Of a stretch of DNA of 64,000 nucleotides, positions 10,176 through 23,435 are shown one piece after another. Made by a program: the position numbers and the translations under genes. This DNA is from Prasinococcaceae sp. CCMP 1430. Taxonomy: Eukaryota > Plantae > Prasinodermophyta. The notes under the pieces are model-generated. The model was not told the DNA's origin. It saw only the letters and a program-made list of their open reading frames with translations, and did not search any database. How positions within the stretch are numbered: position 1 is the first letter of the stretch; the number at the start of each line of letters is the position of its first letter. The stretch spans positions 579,704-643,703 of the forward strand of contig RQSC01000032.1 in NCBI GenBank assembly GCA_013416795.1, written 5' to 3'.

Positions 10176-12589
10176 ATGCAGCAGGTGGGCCTCGGCACGA
10201 GGCGGGCGGACAGCGCTACAGCGCAGGCGCGCCGCGCGGGCGACGCTGCTGTGCGAGCGGGGCGCCTTCCCGATGGCAAGGAGAACGTGCACGAGGCGAT
10301 CGAGGCAAAGGTCGCCACGCTGCGCGTGGCGCACCGCGTATCATGGAATGAGGGCGGCGAGGTGGCGCGCGACCAAAGGTACTTCCTGACTGCCAAGGGT
10401 TCCTTCGAACGCGCGGCGCTTTCCACCTCGGCCAACCGTCGCTTCCACTTGGGTCTCGACTCGGTGATGTCCATCGACAAGCCGCTGAGCGTCGATACCA
10501 GTGCGCCTGTGACGAGGCCGGGCAGCGCCAAGCCGTACGTACCGCCGGTTGACTCCGAAGAGGTCGAGCGCCAGCGCGAGCGGCTGCGCGTGCTCGTCGC
10601 ACGCAGGGAGGAGGCTCGCGCGGCGCTCGCCGCTCGCCGCGAGAAACGCGAGGCTTCGGGCGTGCGCGCCGCACCCAGGCCGAGCTCGTCGTCGCGGCGC
10701 GTGGGGCTTGGAGCGCGCGCTGGTCTTCCTGACGCGCGCGGCCGCTGCGAGGCATCTGCCGTGCCCTGCGTCGCAATGCCCTTCAGCGACGCTCGTGGGC
10801 CAGCATTGGGCTTGCGCAATCCTCGCCCTCACAACGCGCAGCCGCCGCCTTCGCTACGCGCGTTTCCGCGCCGGCACAACCGGCCCGCCTCTGCGCTGAG
10901 TGAAGTGGTGGAAGCCATCGGGTGCGAGTACGAGGAGGGTCTGACGGGAGGCTACGCCGCCGAGCAGCGGCGGGCAGGACCAATGCCGGCAGAAGAGCGC
11001 TCAAGTTTGCTGAGCACCACGCGTGGTCATCCTGGCCACGCGCATGGCTGGAATGCAAACGCGCAACCCAAGACGTGGGACTATTGGCACAAGCATGCCA
11101 AGGGATCGTTTGGGCGCGCGCTGATGCAACTGCCCGAGGGCTCGGTGCAGAGGCAGCGCCTAAAGGGGCTGCTGGAGCGCGAGGCCGGACGAGGGGCGCT
11201 CGTAGGCTATCAGGTCCGAAATCGACGCAATGAAGAGGCAGCGCGCGCACGACGCGCTGCGCTGAGCCGCTCGGCCTCACGCTCCGCGCTCGCCTGGCGC
11301 CGCGCCGCGCGTGAAGCGCTGGAGAGGCGCACCGAGCGCGTGGTACAAAGCACCTCAGCATTTCCGCGTGCCAATGGATTTGCGTCGCATGGGCCACTCG
11401 GCCGCAAAGGCCACGGTGCTGGCGCGGGAGCCGCCCGGCCGTCGAGTTGCCCTGCGGGGAACTACCGGGCCGTCTCGAGGGGGGGCCGGGTCGAGGAGGT
11501 AAGTGCTGAGCGCTCGCCCGTTTGCAAGCCCGCGCATTTGCAAGCCCAGTCGTGTGCGCGTGGCAAGCTCGGAGCGCGCGGCTTGCTCGTACGACCAAAC
11601 CTGTGGTTGCATGTCATCGAGACCTGACACTGACAGATTCGCACTGGCAGAAGCAGATGGGCGCACCTGTGCCCACGCCGGCCCTCATGGCTCGACGCAT
11701 GTCAGCTTCGGCGATCCCGGACCTTCTCGGCGCCTGCGCTCTGCGCCAGAGTGCCTCAAGTCCTCGCGGTCCCGAAAAGCTCGACGGAGTCTCGGCTGCA
11801 GACATCGCGGAAGCAGCCAAAGTCCTGACGCAGGCGCGCCTCGGCTCGGTTGGAGGCAGGACGTCCGCCCGTGGGCTCCCGCGAAGCGCGCGACCGACGG
11901 CGCCTCGCAGTGCCAAAGTGGAGAAGGAAGCGGATGAGCTCGAAGTGCGGAGGCGCAGACCGTCCACCGCACTACCGCAGCATTTGTATCGCCAAGCAGC
12001 GGAGCGTGTGGCGGCGGAGCGGCGCGTGCCCGTTGGCCCCATGCACGCACCGCAGCGGTCTTGGAGCGCGGCGGCAGAGGTGCAATCGCCACGCCAGGTC
12101 CAGAACAGTCCAGCAGAGCTTGCGCTGGAGGAATCTAAAGCCTTCGAAGAGCTTGACGAGGGCCTCATCATCGACGACGATGAAGACGCCGAAGCAGCCA
12201 TCGTCGAAGCGGCGATCGAGAAGGAGGTTGAATTGTACACGCATCGCTGCTCACAGGGCAGGGCGGGCACGCACAGAGGGGCAGCCGCGGCGCTTCAGCC
12301 GCAGACGCGGCCACAAAGACCGGGCTCCGCACTCGGGTTTGGCAACCTCGCTCATCGCACGCCACCCTCGGCGGAGCGCGCGCGCGGGCTCGCAGGCACG
12401 ATACGCGCAACCAGTGGCCCTACCCCAGCAGTCCCAGCGCTTGAGCTCGATGGCGCAGAGATAAGCGCCACCGCTGCGGCAGCAGCCGCAGTGAGCAAAG
12501 CCTTTGCGTCGCAGCCTCTGCGCTTGCCTCCCCAGTGGCGCGCGGCGCCGCCGCCGCTGCTTGACAGCTCAGACTCAGACGAAGGGTGA
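10176..12589 (+). CDS. Hypothetical low-complexity protein (~700 aa), at least one intron (11499-11650)
   Basis: Long ORFs in compatible phase joined by GAG|GTAAGT...GGCAG. No recognisable domain. Confidence 0.45.
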
Positions 12590-12889
12590 GGATCCATAAT
12601 ATATCCAAATCAAAGCTGCTCCGCACACACGCACGATGACGGTCCGTTGCGCGCGCGCGCACTCGCTCACCGATGTCGTCCGCATGCCAAGCTCCGTGGG
12701 TGCCCAGCATGGTGGGTCGAGTACTTGCACAATCCCAAGGTCTCGTCACGGTACTGAAGTAGTCATTTACAGAAGAGCCGCGCCAGCCAGCAGCGAATTC
12801 AACAAAATCATACAGACAGGAGCATGGGGGGTGGTGGGCGGGTGGGGGTGAGGAGGGCTTCATCGTCGAGAGGGGTGGCCAAGAGAGAG

Positions 12890-13540
12890 TTATTCCTCAT
12901 CGAAGCTGAGGATCTTGCCTCCACCGATGAGGTTTTTATTGCGCCCTGAGGAGGTTCCGAGCGGGCGGGTCGGGCGCGTGCGGTCAGCGGCGCACATTCG
13001 ACGGCCGGCGGCGCTTTGGGCAGCGCGCGTGGAAGGCGGCCTCGACGGCGCCTTCGACTAAAGGTCGCACCTGCAGAGGAAAGCTCCTTGGCCGCCTGGC
13101 CGTTCGCCATGTAAACAGCTGGGTCGAACCCCAGGCCGTTGATCTTTGCCGCGCCCTCCTTGCGACGGGCAGCAACGGCAGCGTTGGTCTGCGGGAACCC
13201 GGGCTCAATCGTGTCGAGCGCGAAGGGGGCCTCGCGGGCGGCGCCGATTCCGTACGAGCGCTGTCCAGCCACCGTACCGATGGGCGTCACGAGATTGGTG
13301 AGAGCGTCAGCGGGCAGGGTGGCGTGCATGCAGTCGCCGCCTCCCTGTGGCCATGAGAGCCATCACGCGCACGGGGGAGCGTCGCACCTTTCCCTGGCGA
13401 GGCTGCGCCATGTCCTCGGGTTGCGCGCTGGCATCCGAGGAGTACAGAAGCGTCTTCATCGACGACGCGTGGCGGTTGAAAATCTTCTTGCCGCCGGCGC
13501 CCGCGACGGGCACGTCGTTGTTGAGGCTGCGTGCGACCGG
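12890..13540 (-). CDS. Hypothetical small multi-exon protein; 5' exon unresolved
   Basis: Three exons with canonical sites and GCTGAC branch point: SLNNDVPVAGAGGKKIF...RQGK|RSYGIGAAREAPF...SAG|RNKNLIGGGKILSFDEE*. Confidence 0.45.
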
Positions 13541-14557
13541 CGGGGGTCCGAGGCGGAGCCGCGGCGGGGGATGCGAGTGATTTGGATGGGGCGCCAGCAG
13601 GACGGCGGGGGCGCCGCGCGTCAGGTGACGCCTGCAACTACCAGGGCGGCCGCACGCGCCTTGGCCAGCCAAGGCCGCAGGCGCGCACGCGATCCGGCGC
13701 TTGTCGCGCTCACAGACCCCAAGGGCGCGGCGCGCGCGTCCGCCTCTCCGCCCCGCGGTCGATCGCATCTCCGCGCTGCGGTGCGTTCGCGCGCGGCGCG
13801 CGATCGGACGTAGCGCCGACGCTGCGACTGCCCCTAAGTCTGAGCGCGCGTCCCGTTCCGTCGCCCGCCGGCCCCCTCCCCGCCCCCTTTCCAGCGCGCA
13901 CCCGCCCAGGACCACACACGTCGCATGCACACGCGCTGGCACACACACCGTTGTTGGACGTGGTATGCGCGATGATCCATCCAGCCGGCTCGGCCCGCGC
14001 GCGGTCAAAGCTGTGCATCGACCGACCGACCGGGGGAACTCGGGGGAACCAACCCGTTACGTCCCGGAGCATGTGCCGGGCACACCCGATCGCAGATGTG
14101 ATCTGGCCACCGCCACCCTTCCGAACGTCCGACCGACGCGACGCCGCATCGCATCCGATCAAACCTGCGGGAACGAAACTCGTTTCTTCCGTATACAAAT
14201 GCACCTCGTGCCGTGTGTCAACGTTTGCATTGTTTGGCATTGAAAATGTCGTAAACCCTAACCCCAAATGCGTCATGGGGTTGTGCGACCCGAGGTCATC
14301 ATCAAGAGACGGAGATCTTTTTGTGGGGGGGCGGACGGTCGGACCGAGCCGCGCGCGCGCGCCGTTCGAAAGCGCGCGCCGCGGCGCAAACCGCCCCATC
14401 GAAACGCACCTTTTTCGCGCGCCCCCGCGCTCGCGGCGTTTCCCGCCGGCGCGCGACGCCGCGATACCACGCGACGAGCCCTTGCAAATTTCAAGCCTTT
14501 GGTTTTTTCCCCCCTTTTTTTTTCCGGGCGTCGCGCGCGCGGCGAGGACGCACTTCC

Positions 14558-14751
14558 CATCAAAATCAGAGGCGCCTTCCGGATCGTTTCCCGGAGTTTT
14601 CCGCGTTTCGTTTGCCCTCTCTCTCCTTTGTTTTGAAAAATGCAGTATTATTATTTTCCTCACATCAAAATCAGAGGCGCTTTCCGTGTCATTCCCCGGA
14701 GTTTTCCGCGTGTCGTTTGCCCTCTCTCCCCTTTGTTTTAAAAATACAGTA
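14558..14751. repeat. Imperfect direct repeat, two ~90-bp copies at 105-bp period
   Basis: catcaaaatcagaggcgc...cccggagttttccgcgt.tcgtttgccctctct.c.ctttgtttt.aaaat.cagta at 14558-14647 and 14663-14751. Confidence 0.9.
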
Positions 14752-15257
14752 ATTGTCCGCATCGGCGCGAAGCGTTTTTTTTTTTCGAGGTGCGCCCACA
14801 CAACCGATTTAACGACGAACAAACCAACGAATCAACCAACGAACCAACCAACGAAACGGGGGAAAAAAACGTTTGACCAAAGGCGGCCGAAGAACAAAAA
14901 CATTCCCGAAGTGTTTGACTTTTCCCCTAAGTGTTGGAATAACCCCTGACTCCCAAAAAAATTTCTGAAGTGTTTTCACCCTTACCCCCTAAGTGCCCCT
15001 TAAGTGTGTAGACACGCCCATCCGAAGGCCGCACTTTGAAGAGCTCGTAACCCAAACCTCCGCGCCCCCCCCCCACGCGGCCCGCGGGAGCGTCGACGCG
15101 CCCGTCACCAATGCGTTCTGATGAACATTTTAAACCCTTGTATGAATTAACCTTAAAAAGGCCGCCCGAGGCGCCGCCGGGTCCGCCGCGCCGCGCCGGG
15201 GAACCGCGCGGCAGCGGCCGTGGCTGCGTGCGCGCGTCGGCGGCGGCGGCGGCGCGC

Positions 15258-15316
15258 GTGTGTGTGCGTGTGTGTGCGTGTGTGTGCGTGTGTGCGTGTG
15301 TGTGTGCGTGTGTGTG

Positions 15317-15379
<63 letters not shown>
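15258..15379. repeat. (TG)n microsatellite with CG interruptions
   Basis: Direct read of the sequence. Confidence 0.97.
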
Positions 15380-15381
<2 letters not shown>

Positions 15382-15396
15382 ACCCGGTGTCCGTAA

Positions 15397-17446
15397 GCGC
15401 CCGAGTCGGCGCTCACTGGACCCCTTCGTGCGGCGCGCCCCGTGGCACACGTTGCCGCAAGCGCGAGGGGGCTCCACTGGCTGGGGACCAACTTCGTCGG
15501 CAGCGCAGGCGCCAGCTCCGCCGCCGGCGCCCCCGCCGCCGTGGCCGGCAACTCCGGCCGAGGCGGCGGCGACCGCGGCAGCGCCATGCCGAACTTCGCC
15601 CTGCTGCAAACGGAGGACCGCGCAGAGCCGCTCAACTTAGCCCTCTCGGCCAATGCCGAGGTGCGTGGCGTGCAACGCACCATGGTCGAGGCATGGGCGC
15701 TCGCGCACGACGCGTTCTTCGACGCGAGCCTTACCGGGCAGGCGTGGGGCTCGGCGCTTGAGGGCGCGATGCGCCGCGCCGCGCACGCGAGCACCGCCTC
15801 CGAGGCGCATGCTGTGCTCGACGGCATGATGGCATCGCTCGGCGACAGATATTCGCGCGTGCTCGTCGCGCCTGACGCGGAGGCTTTCATGTCGCGCGGC
15901 AAGAAGAACTTGGAGGGCGTGGGCGTGGTGGTGCGGACGAACGCGCGCCAGGACGCAGCCATCGTGCTGGCGCCCGTGGAGGGCGGACCCGCCGCGGCCG
16001 CGGGAATCAAGGCGGGAGACATCATCACCGCAGTCGATGGGACGCCCGTCAACGAGCTCACCGCCCAGGGCGTGGACGTCGCCACGAAATTGCGGGGCGA
16101 GGCAGGCACGGCCGTGCGACTCACGGTGGACACGCCACGAGACGCCGGCGTGGGCGGGGTGGTCAGCCGCGACGCCGTCGGAGCGGGCGGATCCATTCGC
16201 GCTGGCGGGGTCGCCCATGCGCGCCCAAATGCGCGCCCACGCGAGCTCTCGCTGCGGCGGCGCCGCGTGAGGATGCGCGAAGTGGTGTCGCGCGCCGTCT
16301 TCGTCCCCAAAGTGTCCGCGCCGCGCACCGCCGCGCACAGGCACCGACACAAGCTTGGATACATCCGCCTCTCTACCTTCGGGGAGAGCGCCGCGGCTGA
16401 GATGAGCGCCGCCATCGAGCGACTGAGCGCCCGTGGGTGCGATCACTTCGTGCTTGACCTCCGTTCGAACAGCGGGGGCCTCGTAACGGCGGGGCTCCAG
16501 ACCGCCGCGCTGTGGCTTGACGGGGAAACCACAGTGGCGGCCGTCTACGGCAGGGGTGGCTCAGCGCAGCGCGTGGACACGCCGCGGCAGATGGTCGCAG
16601 CGACGCACGCGCCGCTCGCGGTGCTCGTCAACAAGGGCAGCGCATCGGCCACTGAGATCGCCACGGCGGCACTGCAGGTGAGCGCGCAGTGCGCGTATCG
16701 GCGCTGTGTCAAACGCCTTTGACTGCGCCTGCGCGCGGTGTCAAACGCGTTCCGTCGCTGGCCGCTTGCTGACTGCAGCGCTGCCGCAGGACAACGAGCG
16801 GGCCGTGGTCGTGGGCGAGCGCACGTACGGCAAGGGGCGCATCCAGGAAGTCTTTGACCTTTCAGCGGGTTCGAAGCTCTTCCTCACGGTGGCTACGTAC
16901 AAGTCGCCGGTGCACTTCCATCCCATCGACGGCGTCGGCGTCGCGCCAGACATCAAGTGCACGGTGACGCCCAGGCGCGTGATGGCGCTTGCGCAGTAGT
17001 CCGCTTCGCTCTGACGGCGTGCGAGCGCGCGCGCGCGTCGCGCGGGTTTCGAGCAGTCGTGCTGACACTCGAAGCTTCCTCTCGGCGCCCCGTCCTCCTT
17101 CCCATGCCATGCTCTACTGCAACGCAGGGAGACGCTACCTGCGGCAGCCGCGCGTGCGGCGGCGCTGGCGCCGCCCACCATGGATCACATCGCGCGGGCC
17201 ATGCGTGGGGGGGAGAATGGCACCGCCCGCAAGCTCACGCGCGGGACGGGCCTCGCCGCGGAGGTGCTGGCCGACTCGTGCGTGCTCAAGGCAGAAGAGA
17301 CGTGCGTCGCGCGGCTTCGCCCAGCCCTTGCGTGCGTTCTCGGTGCCCCGCGCGTCCGCGCGCCTGCAAGTGCGCGGGCTGACACGGATCCGCGCGCGAC
17401 ATTCGCAGGCTCGTGGGCAAGATGGACGCTGAGACGGCGGGGGTGA
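15397..17446 (+). CDS. ctpA: C-terminal processing protease (CtpA/S41 with PDZ), lumenal type; start unresolved; introns 16678-~16789 and ~16975-17127
   Basis: [12 protein letters not shown] ([15 protein letters not shown]), [41 protein letters not shown]|[19 protein letters not shown]. Confidence 0.88.
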
Positions 17447-17512
17447 CTAGTAGCCGCGACGTCTGAGAGGCGCGTTGAGTGTGCACGAGAGCGATCAGAT
17501 GTGTGTAGAGAG

Positions 17513-18962
17513 TTAGAAAAGGCTGCCCTGCACGTCCACCTCGTTGGCCCAAATGTCCTCGTAATTCTGCCTCTTGCGGATCACGTGCAGCGTCTTGTCT
17601 CCGCCCACCATGACCTCGGCCGCCTCGGGGAAGGAGTTGTAGTTCTTCGTGGACATGCCAGCGCAGTAGGCGCCGGAGCCCTCCATGACGATCAGATCGC
17701 CCACCTCCGCGGCGCCCAGCGCGCGCTCGGTGATCACCTCGGGCTCGTCGGGCGCGGGCGTCATGAGGTCACCCGACTCGCAGCAGTGTCCGACAACCAC
17801 GTACGACTCGTCGCCCTCGGCGGCGGTGCCGCCGTTCTTCACCAGCACGATAGGGTGCTGCGCGCCGTACAGGCTCGGGCGGAGAACCTCGGTCATGCCA
17901 GAGTCGAGCTGCGCGGGGCGGCGGGTCAGCATGCGCCGCCTCAGGTCGCGGCGCGGCAGTCACACGCCAAAGCCGCGCGGCGTGAGCAACTTCTTTTCCA
18001 TCCGCGCTCTGCCTCACCTTGATGAAGTTGTGGCCCTCCGCGCCCGTCGACACCACGTCCTGCACGGCGGTGACGAGCGCGCCCGCGTTGGCCAGCAGGA
18101 AGGTGCCCGGCTCGATCTCGAGGGCGAGCTCGCGGCCAGTCTCCTCCGCGAACGCGCGGAAGGCGTCGGTGACCGGCTCGCCCACCACCTGCAGGTCGGT
18201 GGACGCCTCGTACGACATGCGGCCCACCTTGTAGCCACCGCCCAGGTTGAGGTGCGTGACGTCGGGGAACTGCCTGCACAGGTCGAGGCTCATGCCGGAC
18301 ACCTTCTGCCACACCGCCGGGTCGGAGCCCGAGCCGATGTGCGTGTGGATGCGCACGACCTTGAGGTCGTGCGCAGCGGCGATCTCCTGGCATTCCGGGA
18401 GGCTCTCGTGCCAGATGCCGAAGCTGGACGACGGGCCGCCCACGTTGGTCTTGCCGGTGCCGCCCGAGCCCAGCCCCGGGTTGAAGCGCAGGCCGACCTC
18501 GCCGCCGGGGAAGGCCGCGCCAAAGCGGCGGAGCTGCTCCAGCGAGCACGCGTTCACCTTGACGCCCAGCTCGACGAGCTCCGCGAAGAAGTCCGGAAGC
18601 TCCTGCGTGGAGAGCGAGATGTTCTCCGGGGGCACGCCCGCGGCCATCGCGCGGCGCACCTCGTAGCCGGAGGAGGCGTCGATGTGGAGGCCCTCGTCGT
18701 TGAAGAGCTTGAGGATGGCCGCGTTGGGCGACGCCTTCATCGCGTAGCGCACCGTCAGGCCGTACGCGTTGGGGAACGCGAGCGCCTTCTGGGCCTGCGC
18801 GCGCAGCGTGGTCGCGTCGTACACGAACGACGGCGTGCCCGCGCAGCCGCGCACAGCCTCGGCGAGCTCGGGCGTGAGGAAGCCGAGCGTGTCCTTGGCG
18901 CCGGCGGTCGGCGGGCTCGCCGCGATGGCGGCCGCGGACACGTCGCGGCTGCCGCCGGCCAT
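17513..18962 (-). CDS. lysA: Diaminopimelate decarboxylase; intron 17909-18017
   Basis: [14 protein letters not shown] (PLP Lys), [29 protein letters not shown] and GAYCAGM are fold-type III decarboxylase motifs. Confidence 0.95.
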
Positions 18963-19739
18963 CCTCGCGGTGCGCGGCGCGCGGCTGCGCCGCGCGTGAG
19001 CCGCTCGCGACGGTCCTCGCCGCGCTCATCGGACGCGAGGCTGTTCCCGCCGGGAACACCCACGTGCAGTGTGGCGCGGGGCGGCACCACCGCGCGGGAA
19101 TGCCTCCCGCTCGCCCCTCCACCCTCGCTCGCCCGCGCGGCGGCGCCACACGCCCCTGCCGCCGCCGCCGCCGCCGCCGGGATTCGATTCAGGTCCGCCC
19201 GCTCCGGCCTGCCGCGCTTCGAATCCCCTCCGTGGGTGAGGCCCGGGGCGACCCCCTATTTCGTCAAACCTTCCTCCGTGAATGCGAGACCATCCCAACT
19301 GATACCCGGTCTTGCCGCCTTCGACACCCGGTCTGTGCGCCGGTCCCAGCCGCGGATTCGTCCGGGTTCCGCAGTCCCCGCCGCGCGCGCACTTTCCGCC
19401 TCCGCCGCCGCTTCCGCCGGCGGGCCCCAAGGTCGCGGGAAGTCGCGCGCGAAATTGTGCCGCTCCGAATGTTCGAATGCATCCTCTCGTCAGCGATCAA
19501 ATAGACAGTACTTAAAAAAACAGCCTGCGGGAGCGCGCCCGGCAGGTGCGGGGCCGCCGCGGTGCCAATGCTCACGGGCCCGACCAACGCGCCGCATCCA
19601 TTTAGGGTAGGACAGACCCCTAACAATACAGTATTGATTTTTAAATTGTTTATGATTAGATTTATGAACCCTGACTATCGTTGTGTGGCGATGCGTTTTG
19701 ACACGCGCCTTATCTGCTTCGTGCGGCGGCGGCTGCCGG

Positions 19740-21448
19740 GGTGTGTGCCACGCGGGCGCGGGCCAGGCCACAGCGGGCGCGCCTCGCGCGAGGCGCGCGC
19801 CTCCTCGTGCCGCTGCGTACGCGACGCGCGTGCGCACAGCAGCTGCGGCGACGCCAGCGCCCGCGGCGCCCGCTGGCGACGCAGACGCGGAGGAGGATGC
19901 GCCATCGCGTGCGGGCGTCGGCGCTATTTTGAGGTATGCGCTGCCATCCGTCGCAGTGGCGACCGGCGCACCTGCCAACACGATGATCGACTCGCTCGCT
20001 GTGGGGCTGGCATCCACCACGAGCGACCTTGCCGCGCTCGGCGCCAACGGGGCGGTGTTCAACTTCATCACGTACGCGCTCACGGGCCTCTCTATGTCGA
20101 CCCTCAGCCTCGTCGGCGCGGAGAGGGAGAAAGGTGGCACAGCGGTTGCAGCAGATGCGGAGCCGGTCGCCAAGCTCGGTGCCGAGGGTGACGGCAGCGG
20201 CGCGGCGCGGCGTCCTCTGTCGCAACGCAGCGGCCAGATCGTCTGCGTGGCGTTGCTTTTCGCGTTGTTCCTAGGCGCGGCGGCCACCGTGTCGCTGTGG
20301 TGCCTCGGCGAGCGAGTGCTGCTACTGGACGATCCTGATGCGCTCGCGCGCGCGGCCTCGTATCTGCACGTGCGCGCGGTCTCGCTCCCCGCCGTGCTGC
20401 TCACGATGGTCGCCAACAGCGCGCTCTTCGCGCAAAAAGATTCGGTGACGCCCGCTCGTGCTGTCGCCGCGTCTTGCGCACTCAACGCGGCGGGCAACGC
20501 GCTCAACGCGTTCTTGTTCAAGCAAGGCGTGGCAGGCACCGCGTGGGCGACGGTGGTTGCTGAGGTTGCCGTCGCGGCCATCATGCTGCGCGCGCTCGCG
20601 CGCAGCGGCGCGTACGCGCTCCCAGTGGGCGGGGTCGCAGACGACGGCGGCGAGTGGAAGGCACCGTCGCTGGGGACGTTTGCGCGCTTCGGGGCATCCG
20701 CAGCGCCACTCTGCGCAATGTACGTGCTCAAGAATCTGTGCTACTTAATCATTCAGTCGGCGGGGGTGTGTCTCGGAGTCGTCAAGACGGCGGCACACCA
20801 GGCAGTTTGGGCGGTCTGGGCACTCTGGTGCGTATGCGCGACCACCTCCCTCCCCTTTCCTGCGTCTGCGATGCCCGCGCGCGGTGCGTCTCACGAGCGT
20901 GCGTTCACTTTCTGGTTGCATGCTGACAGCGGCGTTCTCGCGCGTGAAGCACCTTCTGCACCACGCCATTCGAGCACACGGTCCTCGCCTTCCTTCCGGG
21001 CGCGCGCGGCGACACGCGCGAGCGCGCGCGCCTGCTGCGCACGATCCTCGGGCTATCCACGAGCTTCGGCCTGACGCTCGGCGCTCTGGTGGCCGCGTTG
21101 CCCCACGTTGCGCCGTGGCTGCTCACGCCCGACAGGGCAGTCTGGGAGGCGATGCGGGTGACCAGCCTGCCCGCCATGCTCGCGCTGGCGTTGTGCGGCT
21201 GCGAGATGGCTCTCTCTGGGGCGCTCATTGAGCGCGGACTCTTTCGAGCCCAGACTGCCGGAATGCTGCTCACTCTGGGCGTCACCGTGGCGTACTTCTA
21301 CACCCAATGGGCGGCGCTCGACATCGGCGTGGTGTGGTGGGGGGTCGCGCTCTTCTTTTTCGCGCGAACCTCGTTCTCCGCCCTGTGGCTGGCGCTGTTC
21401 GGCCGGGCGAGAGACCGCGGCGCCCGAGGCGCCGCCGCGCCCGCGTGA
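19740..21448 (+). CDS. MATE/DTX efflux transporter (plastid DTX45/46/EDS5-like); start unresolved; intron ~20829-20949
   Basis: ILRYALPSVAV...NTMIDSLAVG...LAALGANGAVF, VRAVSLPAVL...QKDSVTP, AGTAWATVVAE, AAHQ and multiple TM helices. Confidence 0.88.
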
Positions 21449-21591
21449 TGAACTGCGACGGCGACACTGTTGTAAGATATGTAGCGGGACGCGCAAAGCC
21501 TCGGAAGTTCGGCGCGCTGAGTGTGAGCCGCGATGCTTTGTGGTACACCGCCGAGGCGGTTTATCATTACAGAATTGCGGGGTTCGAGCTC

Positions 21592-22953
21592 TCACGCGAG
21601 CAGCTTGACCGAGCGCTTGTGGAGGTTCTGAGAGGTCCCCAAGCGTGTGCGTGGCGCGCGAGCAGCGTGTCAGCGTCAAGGCCGATGGCGCGCTAGCAAC
21701 CAGCTGGCGCGCGCATGCTACAGCGCGCATACCTTCACCACCTTGCCGAGCGCCTCGATGGTTTCGAGCGCCGCGGGGTAGAGCTTGTCCTCGACCACCT
21801 CATCGAAGACCACGAGGTTGCCGCTGCCCTGGTCGAGCGTGCCCTTGAGCTTGTCATCCAGGATCATCTGCGACAACTTCTTCTCCACGGCAGGCAGGGG
21901 CAGGTTGATCAGCTCCGCGAGGTGCGAAATTTCAACCTGGCTGAAGGGCTCGATGAGACGCTTGAGGTTCTTCTCGAGCATGGTGTCGTAAAGCGCGCCC
22001 AGGTGGGTCTTGAGCACGGGGTCGCCCGTCAGGTGCTCTGCGTAGGTCTCGAGCGCCTTCTCGAAAGCGGCCAGCGAGCGCTCTGTGAACGCGTCCGCGA
22101 CTGCCTTGAGCGAGTCAACCTGCGGGCCGGCGTACTTGAGCGCGTTTTTGGTGCTAATGATAGCGTTGATGTCCTCGGTGTTGGCGCCCATCACCTTGCA
22201 CAGCAGCATGTACTTGAGCGCGCGCACGGCGTTGGTGGAGTCCTCCAGGGAGCTGAATTGCTCGAAGGCCTCGAAGAAGTACGAGTACGCCGTGCGGAAG
22301 TCGCCCTCCTCCGCGCCGACGATGCCGGTCTGGGTGTCGAGCTGCGCCTGCATGGACGGAGGCACGTAGATCGCGTTGGCCGCGGTGCGCGCGGCGGTCA
22401 GGCCCGCCTTTGACTTGGGCATGTTGCGCAACGCCAGGTGCGCGCGGCTCTCCAGCAGGTGGATCTCCACGAGCTGCGCCTTGTCGTCCAGCCGCTTCAC
22501 CTCTGTGAGCAGCGACGTGAGCAACGCAAGTGCGGGCTGGTAGTCCTTCGCGTCGAGCTGCAGCGACGCCAGGCGCGTCTCCACGCGCTGGCGCAGGAAG
22601 GTGCGCTTCTCCGCGGAACTCCACTCGCGGATCTCTGTGCACAGCGCCACCTGCAGAGCCACCGTGCCCGGGATCTGTGCCACCATGTCGAGCAGCATGC
22701 GCACGATCTTGGCGGTCTTCGCCTTGGGCACGGTCGCGAAGAACGGCCGCAGCTCGGCGAGCAGCGCGCGGATCGGCTCCCCCTGGCCCTCCTTGACGTA
22801 CAGCGCGCCGAGCTTGGCCACCGCGTCCTCCTTGGCCTTGATGGCGTCCGCGCCGCCGGCGCCGGCGTCGCGCACGACCGCGAGGTAGGCGGCCGCGGCC
22901 GCATCCGGCGGGAGCTCCGCCGCTCGTGCCACCTGATCCTCGAGCGACGCCAT
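21592..22953 (-). CDS. RPN6: 26S proteasome lid subunit RPN6/PSMD11; intron 21628-21732; last exon 21592-21627
   Basis: PKAKTAKIVR, EKRTFLRQRVE, KRLDDKAQLVEIHLLES, TAYSYFFEAFE and a PCI domain. Spliced end LGKVVK|NLHKRSVKLLA*. Confidence 0.97.
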
Positions 22954-23435
22954 CGCCGCGCGCCCCGCCGCTCCGCCGAGCGACGTGGTCCCACAAGGGA
23001 TACAACTACCACTCGCGGTGTAGCGCGACCCCGGCCCCGCCCTCATGGCTCGCGGCGCGCGGGGCCTCGCGCGCGCGCGCGCGCTCGAAATTAGATCTCG
23101 CAGGACAAAACGCAGCAAACAAAACGCGAATGAATCATCCAATGCATTTCCGGCCTTTTCGCGGGGTCGAAGTCGAATGAACGCGCGCGAGATGGCCGAC
23201 ACAGCGACAGCGGGAGCGTTCCGCTCCGCTCGGCGCACCGCCGGGGCGGCTGGGATGTGCGCGCGACCGCGCGGCCCGTGCGTGCGCCCCCGCGCGAGAG
23301 TTCAGCGGCGGCAGCGGGGAGCTGTCCAAGTCGTGACACGAGGCGTGTCCGTCGGATCCCAACGTACAAAAACTACCGCTTTACCTTGCAGGCGCCACGG
23401 CAGCGCCCCCCCGCGTCATGTCAGCACGGCGCCCC

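Noticed and set aside
19180-19260. TTCGAATCCC and GATTCGATTC resembling tRNA T-loops
   Set aside because: No GGTTC context, acceptor stem or D-arm could be folded.
21446-21696. TGATG stop-start overlap after the MATE gene opening an 82-aa ORF (possible translational coupling), and a C/D-box-like GTGATGA...CTGA
   Set aside because: The ORF is antisense to the RPN6 last exon and intron (21592-21732). TGA followed by TG is common by chance, and a similar one follows ORC3 at 39398. The terminal stem is weak and I found no rRNA-complementary guide.
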